64,000 bases of DNA from an uncultured Polyangiaceae bacterium (lineage in GTDB: Bacteria; Myxococcota_A; Polyangia; Polyangiales; Polyangiaceae), in contig CAZSUA010000001.1 of NCBI GenBank assembly GCA_964609655.1, positions 11,839-75,838 on the forward strand, given 5' to 3'. Below, piece by piece: positions 18,484-28,035 of this stretch; the first letter of the stretch is position 1, and each line of letters opens with the position of its first letter. Made by a program: the position numbers and the translations under genes. The notes beneath the pieces are model-generated. The model ran no database searches. It saw only the letters and a list, made by a program, of their open reading frames with translations, and had not been told where the DNA came from.

Positions 18484-19053
18484 GAGGAGCCGTTCGATTT
18501 CTTGCCATTCGGTGGGGCTGAGATCAGGAGTGAAGCGAGTGAGGCGTGCTAGGACATCGGCGACGGGCGGGTGCACGTCAGGTGTTTCCTCGGCTGGAGT
18601 GACGTACAGCGAGGCGCACGTCAAATGGATGAACCCAATGGGTTGGAAGCGAGATTCCTCGAGCAGCTGGAGTGCTATTCGCCAGCTGCCCTTTTCCATG
18701 AGCTCCTTGCAATGGCGGCAGTGGGCCCGCCCGCTGGGTGCGCGTTCCAGGCGCGAAATGCGAGACAAACGGGGAAAGCGAACGCCCGCTTGGGCGAGGG
18801 CTTCGAGAACCGCCTTATCGGGAAACTCGCCAGGATAGCCAGCTATAGTTGCTAAGAATTTTTCTGGGCGCATGCAGGCTGCGCATGCGGGATGAAACCA
18901 TAGCCGCGATTCTCCGTCGCCATACGCGTTCGGCACCGTCTCGCCAAAGCGTAGCGAACCCTTTTCGATCGCGAGGCCACAGCCGCGGCACTTGGCACGC
19001 CCGCTCGGGGCGGCTTCGATCACGTCCGTCACTGCTGGGCCTCCAAACGCCAA
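18466..19053 (-). CDS. protein with two PARP-type zinc fingers and no catalytic domain
   Basis: Finger 1: PSGRAKCRGCGLAIEKGSLRFG...WFHPAC, which is CX2C-X28-HX2C. Finger 2: PSGRAHCRHCKELMEKGSWRI...FIHLTC, which is CX2C-X27-HX2C. Both follow the zf-PARP pattern (KSGRAKCKKC..I.KGELRIG...WYH..C). Confidence 0.8.
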   Translation of the reverse strand: MAFGGPAVTDVIEAAPSGRAKCRGCGLAIEKGSLRFGETVPNAYGDGESRLWFHPACAACMRPEKFLATIAGYPGEFPDKAVLEALAQAGVRFPRLSRISRLERAPSGRAHCRHCKELMEKGSWRIALQLLEESRFQPIGFIHLTCASLYVTPAEETPDVHPPVADVLARLTRFTPDLSPTEWQEIERLLTPVGA

Positions 19054-19295
19054 TGCTCACGCCAACCCAACCCGTTGTCGTTGACACTCTTAAAACTCTT
19101 ACAGAACGCGATACAGGGGCTAGTCAAGCTCGGAGCCATGCCGGCACCACACGTTCGATGATTTCGGGCTGTTTCGCCTTGATCCCGGTGACGGTGAACT
19201 GCCATCACCCGGACGTTAGCGAACTTCGCCAACGCTGTCTTGGGTCTCGCGCGAGCTTGGCGCGGGTGAGATCCCGAATTGGTGGTCAGCTGGAG

Positions 19296-21035
19296 TTACG
19301 CTGCCACTTCGGCTTCGCCTTCGAGCTCCCGAAATAGCGGGCCGAGCTCGGGACGTGAGCGGAGTGGCTCGCAAAAGCGCGAGGCGAGCTCGAGCAGCTC
19401 GCTTTCCAAGGAGCCTGCTGTTCGGCCAAGGCTTTCCAGTAGGGTTTGGTACGAATTCTGATCGCGTTCGATGCTCTCTTCTTGGCTCGCCATGGCCTGG
19501 CGCAACTGGAGGATTTGAAACTCCAGATCTTCGACCTCGCTCTTGCTGGCGTTGCAGGCGGCTTCGGCCTGGCCGAAAGCTTCTTTGGCTTGGCACCAAC
19601 TTTTCATCAACTCTGCACTCGCGTGGTAGGCGGCAGCGAGCTCAGTGTACGGTTCGAGGAAGCCAGAGCGGCCTTCCCAGAACATGATTTGCTGGTGTTC
19701 TGTGCGGAATGAAAGCCGCGCCTCGTCGATCGCTGCGCTCAACTGCTTACCGATGGCGAGGGCGTCTTTGAGCTTGTCGCGGGCGCTGCTGGCGTCGAGG
19801 CCGAGCGCGTGAACCGCGTGCCCGATGCGTTGCCGCATTTCGCGGCCGCTGGCGTCCACGTTCTCAAGTTTGCGTTCGTGGGCCATGGCTTCTTCGCGCT
19901 GGCTTGCGATGCGGAGAACTAAGGATTCAATGTTTTGCAAGAGCTCAGCCTGCACGCCGGGTGTTGTTGTTCCGTACGCTCGCTGGAGCATTTGGCCAAA
20001 AAGCTCCACGCGCTTGCCCCACAGATCGATCGCAACTGGTGGAAGACTCTTGGATATGGGGCGGGCACTCTCAGGAGCCTCGGAGAGATCTCGCGGTATG
20101 GGGGCTCCGAGCGATTCGGTGATCGCGACCAAGTCCTTGTACAGCCGATGGGCATCAACAGGACGATCCTTCGGATCCTTCGCCATCAGCTCCAGGATCA
20201 GCCTGTCTAGAGCTTCGGGGAGGTTTGGCTCGAGGCTGCGTACGCTCGGCGCCGGCTCACTCAAATGTTTGATGAAAAGAACCGGGATTTGCTGGGATTC
20301 GAACGGTAGGCGCCCGCACAGCATCTCGAACAAAATGATCCCGACTGCATACAGATCGGCGCTTGGCCCCGCATCGATCGACGTGATGCGCTCGGGCGCC
20401 ATGTATTGAGGAGTCCCGAAAACTTCCCCAGCGCCGGTCAAACGTGCATCCTGCATCGAACGTGCGATGCCGAAATCGAGGAGTTTAACCACTTCGCTGT
20501 CGAGCCCGAGATCCTGCGCCAAGAAAATGTTCTCGGGCTTGAGATCGCGGTGAATCACTTGAAGGTCGTGGGCGCGTGCGAGCGCGCGTGCGATCTGGAT
20601 CCCAATCGCCAACGCGCGTGGCACGGCAACTTTTCCACGCTCAAGCAACTCGGCGAGCGTCTCCCCTTCGAGCAGCTCCATCACGAGGTAGACGCAGCCG
20701 TCGTCTGTTTCGCCTTGGTCGAAGATTTCTATGATGTTCGGATGGGCGAGCTTTTGGGCAGCCTTTGCTTCACGCCGAAAGCGTTCGCGCATCACTTCGT
20801 TCCTGGCGAACGACTCGTTAAGGATCTTGATCGCGCAGAGCCTATCGACCAGGCGATGCCTTGCCGCGTAGACAGTGGCCATTCCGCCCTGGCCCAGCAC
20901 GCTTTCGATCTGATACCGCCCTGCTAATACGGTCCCGATCCGTTCATCTTGGATGGGCTCAAGCGTGGCACCGTCGACGAAGCATGTGCCACGATCATCT
21001 GGATACTTCAGCTTGCAGAGCGGGCAGGCCTTCAT
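19296..21035 (-). CDS. Ser/Thr protein kinase with an N-terminal Cys-rich mini-motif and a long C-terminal coiled-coil region
   Basis: Kinase motifs GQGGMATVY, CAIKIL, HRDLKPENIF, DFGIA and GTPQYMAPE. The N-terminus is MKACPLCKLKYPDDRGTC. The C-terminal ~290 aa are helical and Glu/Leu/Ala-rich. Confidence 0.9.
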   Translation of the reverse strand: MKACPLCKLKYPDDRGTCFVDGATLEPIQDERIGTVLAGRYQIESVLGQGGMATVYAARHRLVDRLCAIKILNESFARNEVMRERFRREAKAAQKLAHPNIIEIFDQGETDDGCVYLVMELLEGETLAELLERGKVAVPRALAIGIQIARALARAHDLQVIHRDLKPENIFLAQDLGLDSEVVKLLDFGIARSMQDARLTGAGEVFGTPQYMAPERITSIDAGPSADLYAVGIILFEMLCGRLPFESQQIPVLFIKHLSEPAPSVRSLEPNLPEALDRLILELMAKDPKDRPVDAHRLYKDLVAITESLGAPIPRDLSEAPESARPISKSLPPVAIDLWGKRVELFGQMLQRAYGTTTPGVQAELLQNIESLVLRIASQREEAMAHERKLENVDASGREMRQRIGHAVHALGLDASSARDKLKDALAIGKQLSAAIDEARLSFRTEHQQIMFWEGRSGFLEPYTELAAAYHASAELMKSWCQAKEAFGQAEAACNASKSEVEDLEFQILQLRQAMASQEESIERDQNSYQTLLESLGRTAGSLESELLELASRFCEPLRSRPELGPLFRELEGEAEVAA

Positions 21036-21152
21036 ACTTTTTCCCTAAGCTTGGATGTTCTCGCGGTGGAGGTAAACTTTCCAGCACAAAGCTGAATGCC
21101 GGAGGTCGAGGCGGTTTTCCATAGTCAATTCTTGTGCTAGGTGCGGTGGGGC

Positions 21153-21998
21153 ATGGCCTCAAAGGACAAGAAGCCCGCGTTCGGTGCTCAGCGGGTTGAG
21201 GTCCACGCGCCTCCCCGGTCTGAAGACCGTGTCCAGCTGGGTCGCTTGGCCATCATTGTTGCCGTGGGCTTTGTGGTGGGAGTTGCCTGGCCACGCTTGG
21301 CTGGGATTCGGTTGGCCCCGGAGCCGCCGGTCGAGCCGAGCGACGAAAAAAAGCCGATCGCACCGAAGGTGGAAGAGCCCGCTCCGGAGCCGCCTGCGAC
21401 TCCGTCTGTTGAGAAGCTGACGCTGGGGGAAGCGCAGATCACGGCCTGCCGCGACGCGAGTGGCAAAGTGCAGAAGGTGTGCGATGCGGTTCCATTCCAG
21501 GATGTTGTCAACCCAAGACTCAAGACTCTGAGTGGCTGCGAAGCTGCGGAAGGAGCCATGGGCACGCTCTCACTTGGTTTTGAGTTCAACTTCGAGAAAA
21601 ATAGCGTGGAGCGTGTGATTTTGGGGAAGAGCACTACCTTGCCGTTGCCCACTGCGAAGGCGCTGGTGGGGTGCATCGAGCGCGAGTTCGAAACGGCTGC
21701 GCTCAGTCAGCTGAAGCATCAGTACGCGAAGTACTCCGCATTTTTCCTGGTTGAGTTTGCTCCACCTGAACCGAAGAAAGGGCAAGAGGATCAGATTCTT
21801 GAAGCTGCCGGGCGCGCCACCGTAAGTTGGGCGTTAGCATTGATTCGCGAAACGCCCAACAACGACGGCGTCGTGAAGGCGCGCGTCCAGAACGGGACGC
21901 GTGTGGTTGTCACCGGAAGAAAAGCGGATTGGTACCGGGTGAAATACGATGGCCAAGGGAATGAGGGTTGGGTGTTTAAGGCGGCTATCGGACTTTGA
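21153..21998 (+). CDS. membrane-anchored SH3 (bacterial SH3b-like) domain protein
   Basis: TM helix LAIIVAVGFVVGVAW, a Pro/Glu-rich linker, and a C-terminal GTRVVVTGRKADWYRVKYDGQGNEGWVF. ATG at 21153 is preferred over GTG at 21141. Confidence 0.65.
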   Translation: MASKDKKPAFGAQRVEVHAPPRSEDRVQLGRLAIIVAVGFVVGVAWPRLAGIRLAPEPPVEPSDEKKPIAPKVEEPAPEPPATPSVEKLTLGEAQITACRDASGKVQKVCDAVPFQDVVNPRLKTLSGCEAAEGAMGTLSLGFEFNFEKNSVERVILGKSTTLPLPTAKALVGCIEREFETAALSQLKHQYAKYSAFFLVEFAPPEPKKGQEDQILEAAGRATVSWALALIRETPNNDGVVKARVQNGTRVVVTGRKADWYRVKYDGQGNEGWVFKAAIGL

Positions 21999-22064
21999 TT
22001 CTGTGGGCGAATTGGGGGGAGAATTGGCAGAGTGGTAGGTGGGCGTGCTAAGGATCGGAGGCGC

Positions 22065-22466
22065 ATGAGCGATTCCGGCAAGAAAGACGATAAGCCTTTG
22101 GCGGTGGCGCCCACACCTCCCCAGTCAGACATCGCTCTAGTGCACGGGGTCACTCCTGATGGCGGCTATCGCATCCTCCGCCGACGTGGTGACAACTTGG
22201 AGCTCGGCTCGGTTCACCCGCTGGTGGAAGGTAAACCGCTCCAAGGTGAAGTGGTCGCGCTTCGGCCGCGGCAAGAATTCCCGCTCTTATGTGACGTTGA
22301 AACGCTCTTCAAGGGGCCAGCACCGAGCCAGGCCGATGTCGCCAGCCCCGTGGCGGCCGCTGAGTCTCGCCACAAGAAAGGGCCAGCACAGGTTTCAAAC
22401 GATAGCTACCGCGAGAATTGGGACGTGATTTGGAGCCATCGCAAGAAGGACGAAGCGGCCAACTAA
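22065..22466 (+). CDS. hypothetical protein (133 aa)
   Basis: ATG at 22065 is preceded by GGAGG 4 nt upstream. No recognisable motif. Confidence 0.5.
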   Translation: MSDSGKKDDKPLAVAPTPPQSDIALVHGVTPDGGYRILRRRGDNLELGSVHPLVEGKPLQGEVVALRPRQEFPLLCDVETLFKGPAPSQADVASPVAAAESRHKKGPAQVSNDSYRENWDVIWSHRKKDEAAN

Positions 22467-22516
22467 AGCCTAATTGTCTCAGCGGCTAACTGAAGTTTAT
22501 TAGGGTGGGCTCGAGG

Positions 22517-24790
22517 CTAGAAATCTGTCGAAAGTGCCTGTGCCTTCGAGCGGGCGATTGCGAATGTGGCATCGGTCCCGGCGCGTCTCATGTAGTAGAT
22601 GCTCGTGTTCCGCCAGCTGTCTCCAGCGCCTATCTGACACTCTATTTTCGCTTCCCCAGCCTCGCGGGCGGTGGCCTCGACGGTCAGCCACGGGGGCGAC
22701 AGCCCCTCCAACCCAAGGGCGGGCCCTGGGTGCAACGCCGCCTCTGCGCGCAGGTTGCCCAGCGCCTCGAGCACTTCTTCCGCTCTTTGCCGCAAATCGT
22801 GACCGAGCTCATCGGTTGCGACCCAAGTGCCGCCGCGTGCATTTAGCGTGAGCTTGTGGCTGCTGCTGCGGATCACGATGTTGGAGGCCCAATCCGGCAG
22901 GATTTGGCAAAGTCCGCGGTCGAAGGCCCAGGCTGTGACTGTTTCGAAGCTCGACGTCGGCAACACAAACACACCGTCAAGCGTATCAACACTGGCGTAG
23001 TAGCCACCAGGCGCGCGCGCGCCGAGGCGCAATGTAATGTCACTTGGCAACGTTGGCTTCGCGCTATCCGGATCCGTTTTGTTGAGAGAGAGCTGAAGCG
23101 TCCAGGCTGCCTGTCCTGAAAGCCCGTGGTGTGCTGCGGGCGTATCTGCCACCCAGCGCGCGGCGTCGAGCGCCGACAGCGTCCCGACGATCGCATCGAT
23201 CACCGAGGCGTCGTGTTGGAAGCCTTTCGGGGATAGAAGCTGGAAGACTCCGAGAGTCCGTTGCTCGAAGGCTTGCTCAAATCCTGGGCCCTTGACGCTG
23301 ACACGGGCAATACGTGCGCGTGGGATATCCAAAACCTTGAGAGGCTTGAGTAGCGTAGCATCCGGGCGGAGCACTGCCGTTTCGCCTTCGGAGAGCGCGA
23401 ATAGCGCACCATCACTCGCGCGTTCCAGCAGGCACGTTCCCTTGGCATCCGGAGCTCCCAAGCGTGCCGATTCAGTGAAATACGGTGCGTCGGAGAATGA
23501 CTGGGATTCAAGCTCAATCAGTGTGATCGGAGCTAGGAGCGGCGCGTGCGCGGGTAACGGTTCCCCGCGTACAGCAAGGATGGCCTCTAGCCGCTGATTG
23601 CCCACTTCGAGCGCGACGGGGCTTCTGGCGGGCTCCTTGAGCACAAAGGCTTTATCGGCACGTTCCAACACCAACGCTTGCGCCCCGGAAACGATCCTAA
23701 GTTGCTCGACCTCATCTGACCGCAACCAGAATGGAGCATTCCCGCGCAGCTCCTCCGGTGTCAGGCGCAAACGATCCAAGAAGCTTCTTTGGATGCAGAG
23801 CGCGAGTGGATCTGGCTCAGACCTCACGGCCAACGAGAGATTCTTGTCAGTTGGGCATTCTCCGCCGAAGCTCAGAACAGCTTTGGGATTTGAGCGGTCT
23901 TTCGGCAGTAGTGTGAGTGTAAAGCGCGCGCTATCAGCGCCTTGGCTTGCCTGCGCGAGTTTCAGGTCGGTTGGCGCCGCATCGTCCATGTCCACGAGTG
24001 CTTCAAAGAGTGCTTGAATGCGTTGGCGTTGGGCGACACTACGACGCCCCGTTGTCACCAACCAGATCCCTTGCTCGCTCCGCTCCAGGCTGAAGTTGGC
24101 CCTTGGTGTGTGGCCTTCCAGACCTCGCACTTCCACAGAGCCATAGGGCAAAAATTGAATACGGCGGAGCGTGTTGAGGTCGAATTGCCAGTCAGCTGTG
24201 AGTTCCTTCCCGACCACGTAGACGTTCGTCTCGGTGGAACCGGTGCGGCTCACTTCGACATAAGCCGAAGCTTCCGCGCCGACGACGTTCGCGCCCAAAC
24301 GGAGTGTGGAAGCTTGCTCATTTTCCACAAAAGAAAGCTCAAACAATGGCGCATTGAGCCCCCAGCGAACGCGATCCGCGGGGGTGAACTCAAGCTTCCT
24401 CTGGACCGTTGCGCGCTCCAAGCCACGCAACAGGTTCTCAACCAGCGCCGCGTCGGCGTCCCCTTCGACAGGAGCTGTGATTCGCCAATTTTCGCTATCA
24501 GCGGCGCGATCCCGCTTGAGCACGAAGCGTTGCGTAGGTCGGCGCAAACTGATTTCAGTGACGTCGGTTGGGTGAATATTCGGGAAAAGATGATGAGCAC
24601 GAAGTTGCTGCTCATCGCTGGTGGCAGTGAGCGTGGTTGCCACTACAAACAGAAGTGACGTGAACGCCAGGCCAAGCGCGCAAAACGTGATCCACAGGCG
24701 GCGCGCGGCCTCCGTCACGCTCCCCCGCTTTCCTTGCGCGAGCGCTCTTCGTCTCTTTTGCGTCGCAGCAGAACCCACGCGCCCATGCAC
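22517..24790 (-). CDS. large DUF4340-like periplasmic protein, last gene of the ABC/GldG-like operon
   Basis: N-terminal TM anchor (LWITFCALGLAFTSLLFVV) followed by about 700 aa of repetitive beta-rich sequence. The family call rests mainly on the conserved context directly after a GldG-like gene. The start is uncertain because it overlaps the upstream gene by 76 nt. Confidence 0.6.
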   Translation of the reverse strand: MHGRVGSAATQKRRRALAQGKRGSVTEAARRLWITFCALGLAFTSLLFVVATTLTATSDEQQLRAHHLFPNIHPTDVTEISLRRPTQRFVLKRDRAADSENWRITAPVEGDADAALVENLLRGLERATVQRKLEFTPADRVRWGLNAPLFELSFVENEQASTLRLGANVVGAEASAYVEVSRTGSTETNVYVVGKELTADWQFDLNTLRRIQFLPYGSVEVRGLEGHTPRANFSLERSEQGIWLVTTGRRSVAQRQRIQALFEALVDMDDAAPTDLKLAQASQGADSARFTLTLLPKDRSNPKAVLSFGGECPTDKNLSLAVRSEPDPLALCIQRSFLDRLRLTPEELRGNAPFWLRSDEVEQLRIVSGAQALVLERADKAFVLKEPARSPVALEVGNQRLEAILAVRGEPLPAHAPLLAPITLIELESQSFSDAPYFTESARLGAPDAKGTCLLERASDGALFALSEGETAVLRPDATLLKPLKVLDIPRARIARVSVKGPGFEQAFEQRTLGVFQLLSPKGFQHDASVIDAIVGTLSALDAARWVADTPAAHHGLSGQAAWTLQLSLNKTDPDSAKPTLPSDITLRLGARAPGGYYASVDTLDGVFVLPTSSFETVTAWAFDRGLCQILPDWASNIVIRSSSHKLTLNARGGTWVATDELGHDLRQRAEEVLEALGNLRAEAALHPGPALGLEGLSPPWLTVEATAREAGEAKIECQIGAGDSWRNTSIYYMRRAGTDATFAIARSKAQALSTDF

Positions 24791-26274
24791 AGTATGGAGA
24801 GCGGCATGTAGATCAGGACGTAGCGAAAAAGCTCGGCCAGCGAAGCTTCAGACAAGGCAAGGCCCGCTGGATGAGTCGGTTTTTCAGGTACATTGACCAA
24901 CGAAGGGCGCGCGAGCAGCCAAGAGATGGCGCTTTCGACAAACAGCTTATCGCCCATCCAGGTTGGATCTTGAAACGTCCGAGACCAAGCAAGATTCCCT
25001 GCGCCCACCAGTACGACGCGGCTAGCCTTGTTGGCTTGCTGAGTCTTGCGCTCGAAGGCGAAGGCCAAGGTGAGCGGGCCTCGGCGTTTGGCGTCGCTCA
25101 GCGTGGGTTGTCGCTCGGCATCGGCGAAGAGCCCAGGCGTACTAAGGCTAAAGGAAGCGTCTGAAGTTTCCAGAAGTGGTGTCAAGGTTGCCGGATTGGT
25201 CGTTCCGAGGAGCGAGAAAGATTGCGCTGAGCTGACGAGTAGTCGGTACTGAACCTTGCTCCCAGGGCGCGCCAGCGCTTGAGTCACCGCGTGGGGCTTT
25301 GAGTCAACAAAGAAGGTTTCCCCGATCCCAGAGGGCAGGCGTAGCTCGGGATCGCCTTCAATCACGACGTCGCGTCCAGCTTGAACACCGAGCTCGCTCA
25401 GCCAGGACTCTAGCCCCGTCAGTGCAACTTCAGAAGTTGCCAAATTAGGCGGCAAAAACGCCAAAATTCTGCCCCCCGCTTGGGTGTAGGCGATCAGGCT
25501 GGCGGTAGCTTCTGCGGACCAACGGCGCTCGGGAGCCGCAATGAGTACAGCATCACAGTCATTCAACGCGTCGGCTCGCAGGGGAGTACTGAGATCGGTA
25601 GCAGTGACCCCGTAGTTGCTCTTGGTGAGCTCCGCCACCCAAGCGCTCAAGCCTTGTGGGCCTGCGTTCTCCCGCGACAACTCTTCATGCCCGGTGGTGA
25701 TGCAGATGCGCGAGGGTTTGGCGGCTTGTAGGTTGCGGAGGCCCTCGGTGAGTGCCTGCTCTAGCTTGGGCTGGTTGTTGCCAGTGTCTTCGTCGTGGCG
25801 CACGATATTCTCGAGCGTGATGAACCAGCGCTTCTGGTCCTGAGCCAATACGATGACCGCGTCTGTCAGCACCCGACCATCCTCAGTCTTGCCGGCGACG
25901 ATGCCGTACTTCGCGCGGAGCGCTGCGAAGGCGGTGGGATCGCGATCAGGATCGACAAAGCGAGGCCGAAGGAGCGTCGTTTTGGCTCCGTACGCGGCCA
26001 GAAGCTGCCGCACATTACTGCTCAGTGGATCGGCTCGCGCGAGGAAAACTGTGACTTCCACCGGTTCACGAAGTGAGCTGAGCGAATCCTCGGTTGCTGG
26101 CGATAGCGTGTAGAGCTGGGCGCTCGTGAAATCCCAACGCGCATAGAAGCGATGCACCAGAATGTTGACGCACACAGTGGTGATCGCCATGGCGGCGACC
26201 GCCACAGCCGACAGGAGCCCAACGGCGCGCATGAATTTCCTCAAAAGCTGTTGAGGTTTCAGCTCCAACGCCAT
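24715..26274 (-). CDS. GldG-like ABC-transporter auxiliary component
   Basis: TM helices at both ends (AVGLLSAVAVAAMAITTV and YVLIYMPLSILCMGAWVLL) flank a large periplasmic domain. It follows an ABC-2 permease. ATG at 26274 (MALELKP) is preferred over the ORF-track start at 26403. Confidence 0.7.
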   Translation of the reverse strand: MALELKPQQLLRKFMRAVGLLSAVAVAAMAITTVCVNILVHRFYARWDFTSAQLYTLSPATEDSLSSLREPVEVTVFLARADPLSSNVRQLLAAYGAKTTLLRPRFVDPDRDPTAFAALRAKYGIVAGKTEDGRVLTDAVIVLAQDQKRWFITLENIVRHDEDTGNNQPKLEQALTEGLRNLQAAKPSRICITTGHEELSRENAGPQGLSAWVAELTKSNYGVTATDLSTPLRADALNDCDAVLIAAPERRWSAEATASLIAYTQAGGRILAFLPPNLATSEVALTGLESWLSELGVQAGRDVVIEGDPELRLPSGIGETFFVDSKPHAVTQALARPGSKVQYRLLVSSAQSFSLLGTTNPATLTPLLETSDASFSLSTPGLFADAERQPTLSDAKRRGPLTLAFAFERKTQQANKASRVVLVGAGNLAWSRTFQDPTWMGDKLFVESAISWLLARPSLVNVPEKPTHPAGLALSEASLAELFRYVLIYMPLSILCMGAWVLLRRKRDEERSRKESGGA

Positions 26275-27008
26275 GAATCCACCACCTCCGTTGTCACGAA
26301 GAGTGCCAAAATTACCAAGCTCAGGTCGAAGACGATGCGTCGCAGATCGACGATGCCTTTGCTGAATTCCTCCATGTGGCTCAGCATCGAGACGTGCGAA
26401 CAAAGGGCGTGCAAGGGGCCTGGCTCGAAGATGTACTCCCCGACACCCAACACAAAAATGCCAAACTGCAAAAGGACACTGAGCATGAGTGCAGCAAGCT
26501 GGCTCTTGGTGAGCGCGCTCATCAGCGTCCCGATTGCCAGATAAGCCGCGCCCAGCAGCGCAAGCCCGAGGTAGCTGCTAGCGACAACCCACGGATCGAC
26601 CACGCCCGTTCCCCTGAGAATTACTGGATAAAGGAGCGTGGGGCTCCACATGAGCAGGTACGTAGTGAACGTTGCTAGGTACTTGCCGAGTACAATGGCA
26701 GAAGCTCGTACCGGTGCGGTGAGCAGGGGTTCAATGGTGCCACTTCGTTGCTCTTCAGCGAAGGAACGCATGCTCAGGGCGGGGCACATGAGGAGCAGGG
26801 TCATCAGCAAGAAGATGGAGCCTTGCCCGAAGTAGGATTCGATGGGGCCGTTGTCGAAACTAAGCTCGGTGGCGCCCGAGAAATGCAATACGATCGAGTA
26901 GAAGACTCCGCCCTGAAGCAACAGAAACGTTGTGAGCAGGATCCAGGCAACCGGCGTGACCCAAAGCGCCCAAAGCTCGCGCCGATAGATCGCCCAAAAA
27001 CCCGTCAT
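26259..27008 (-). CDS. ABC-2 type transporter permease (GldF-like)
   Basis: 249-aa polytopic membrane protein whose start overlaps the ATPase stop (ATGA). Confidence 0.8.
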   Translation of the reverse strand: MTGFWAIYRRELWALWVTPVAWILLTTFLLLQGGVFYSIVLHFSGATELSFDNGPIESYFGQGSIFLLMTLLLMCPALSMRSFAEEQRSGTIEPLLTAPVRASAIVLGKYLATFTTYLLMWSPTLLYPVILRGTGVVDPWVVASSYLGLALLGAAYLAIGTLMSALTKSQLAALMLSVLLQFGIFVLGVGEYIFEPGPLHALCSHVSMLSHMEEFSKGIVDLRRIVFDLSLVILALFVTTEVVDSWRWS

Positions 27009-27997
27009 GAGCGGAGCTCCTCACGCTGGGCAGCGGGCCTGTCTGGGAGGGGTGTTGGTTGAGCTTCGGTGAGGGCAGAGAAGACTTCCTCCAGTTTCGC
27101 GCGTGCCGTCTCCACGCGTCGGACGCCGACCTGGTGCTCGACCAGCTGAGTCACTGCTTTTTCCAGTTGAAGCTCAACATCGCTGACGTCAGGCGTCCAC
27201 TCTGTTTCTAAGGTGAGAATCTGTGAGTGAGACGCTTCTACCTGCGAGAGGGTCTTGGCACCCAGGCTTTCGAGCAAGCTTTTTGCCATACCCGGGGCAT
27301 CGCGCAGCTCCCAGTACACCCGTCGCGATTGGCGGTGCCGCAGCAGCTCCCCGATCGGCCCTTCCGCCACCAACTGGCCCTGATGCAGCACTAAGGCGCG
27401 TTCACAGATCGCCTCCACTTCAGACAGGATATGGGTCGAGAGCAGCACGGTGTGCTCCCGCGCCAAACTATGAATCAGTTCGCGCACTTCTCGGATTTGG
27501 TTCGGATCGAGGCCGGCTGTCGGTTCATCCAAGATCAAAAGCGGCGGATTAGACACCAACGCATCGGCCAGCCCCACGCGTTGTCGATAGCCTTTGGAGA
27601 GGTGGCCAATCACGGTGTTGCGCATGTCTGCGACGCGCGAAAGGTCCATCGCGCGTTGGACAGCAAGCTTCCGTTCTCGGCGCGGTACGAGCTTCAACGC
27701 CGCACGAAAAGCGAGGTATTCAGCCACGCGCATTTCAGGATACAGCGGCGCGGCCTCGGGCATGTAGCCGATGGCCCGGCGCGCTCGCATGGGCTCTTCG
27801 GAGACATCGTGGCCGAGAACTCGGACCGTACCTCGGCTAGGCCCCAAGAAGCCTGCAAGCATGCGGAGCGTGGTGGTCTTCCCGGCGCCATTCGGACCCA
27901 AGAACCCAACCACCTGGCCTGCGCTGACTGAGAACGAAAGGTCGCGGACCGCGCTGAACGCTCCATACTCTTTGCTCAAGTTCAAAGCCTCGATCAT
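27005..27997 (-). CDS. ABC transporter ATP-binding protein (GldA-like)
   Basis: GPNGAGKTT (Walker A), LSKGYRQRVGLA (signature) and LLILDEPTAGLD (Walker B). ATG at 27997 (MIEALNL) is preferred over 28021. Confidence 0.9.
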   Translation of the reverse strand: MIEALNLSKEYGAFSAVRDLSFSVSAGQVVGFLGPNGAGKTTTLRMLAGFLGPSRGTVRVLGHDVSEEPMRARRAIGYMPEAAPLYPEMRVAEYLAFRAALKLVPRRERKLAVQRAMDLSRVADMRNTVIGHLSKGYRQRVGLADALVSNPPLLILDEPTAGLDPNQIREVRELIHSLAREHTVLLSTHILSEVEAICERALVLHQGQLVAEGPIGELLRHRQSRRVYWELRDAPGMAKSLLESLGAKTLSQVEASHSQILTLETEWTPDVSDVELQLEKAVTQLVEHQVGVRRVETARAKLEEVFSALTEAQPTPLPDRPAAQREELRS

Positions 27998-28035
27998 GGG
28001 GACCGGGCGGAGGCATAGCATGCGTCAGGGGAAAG

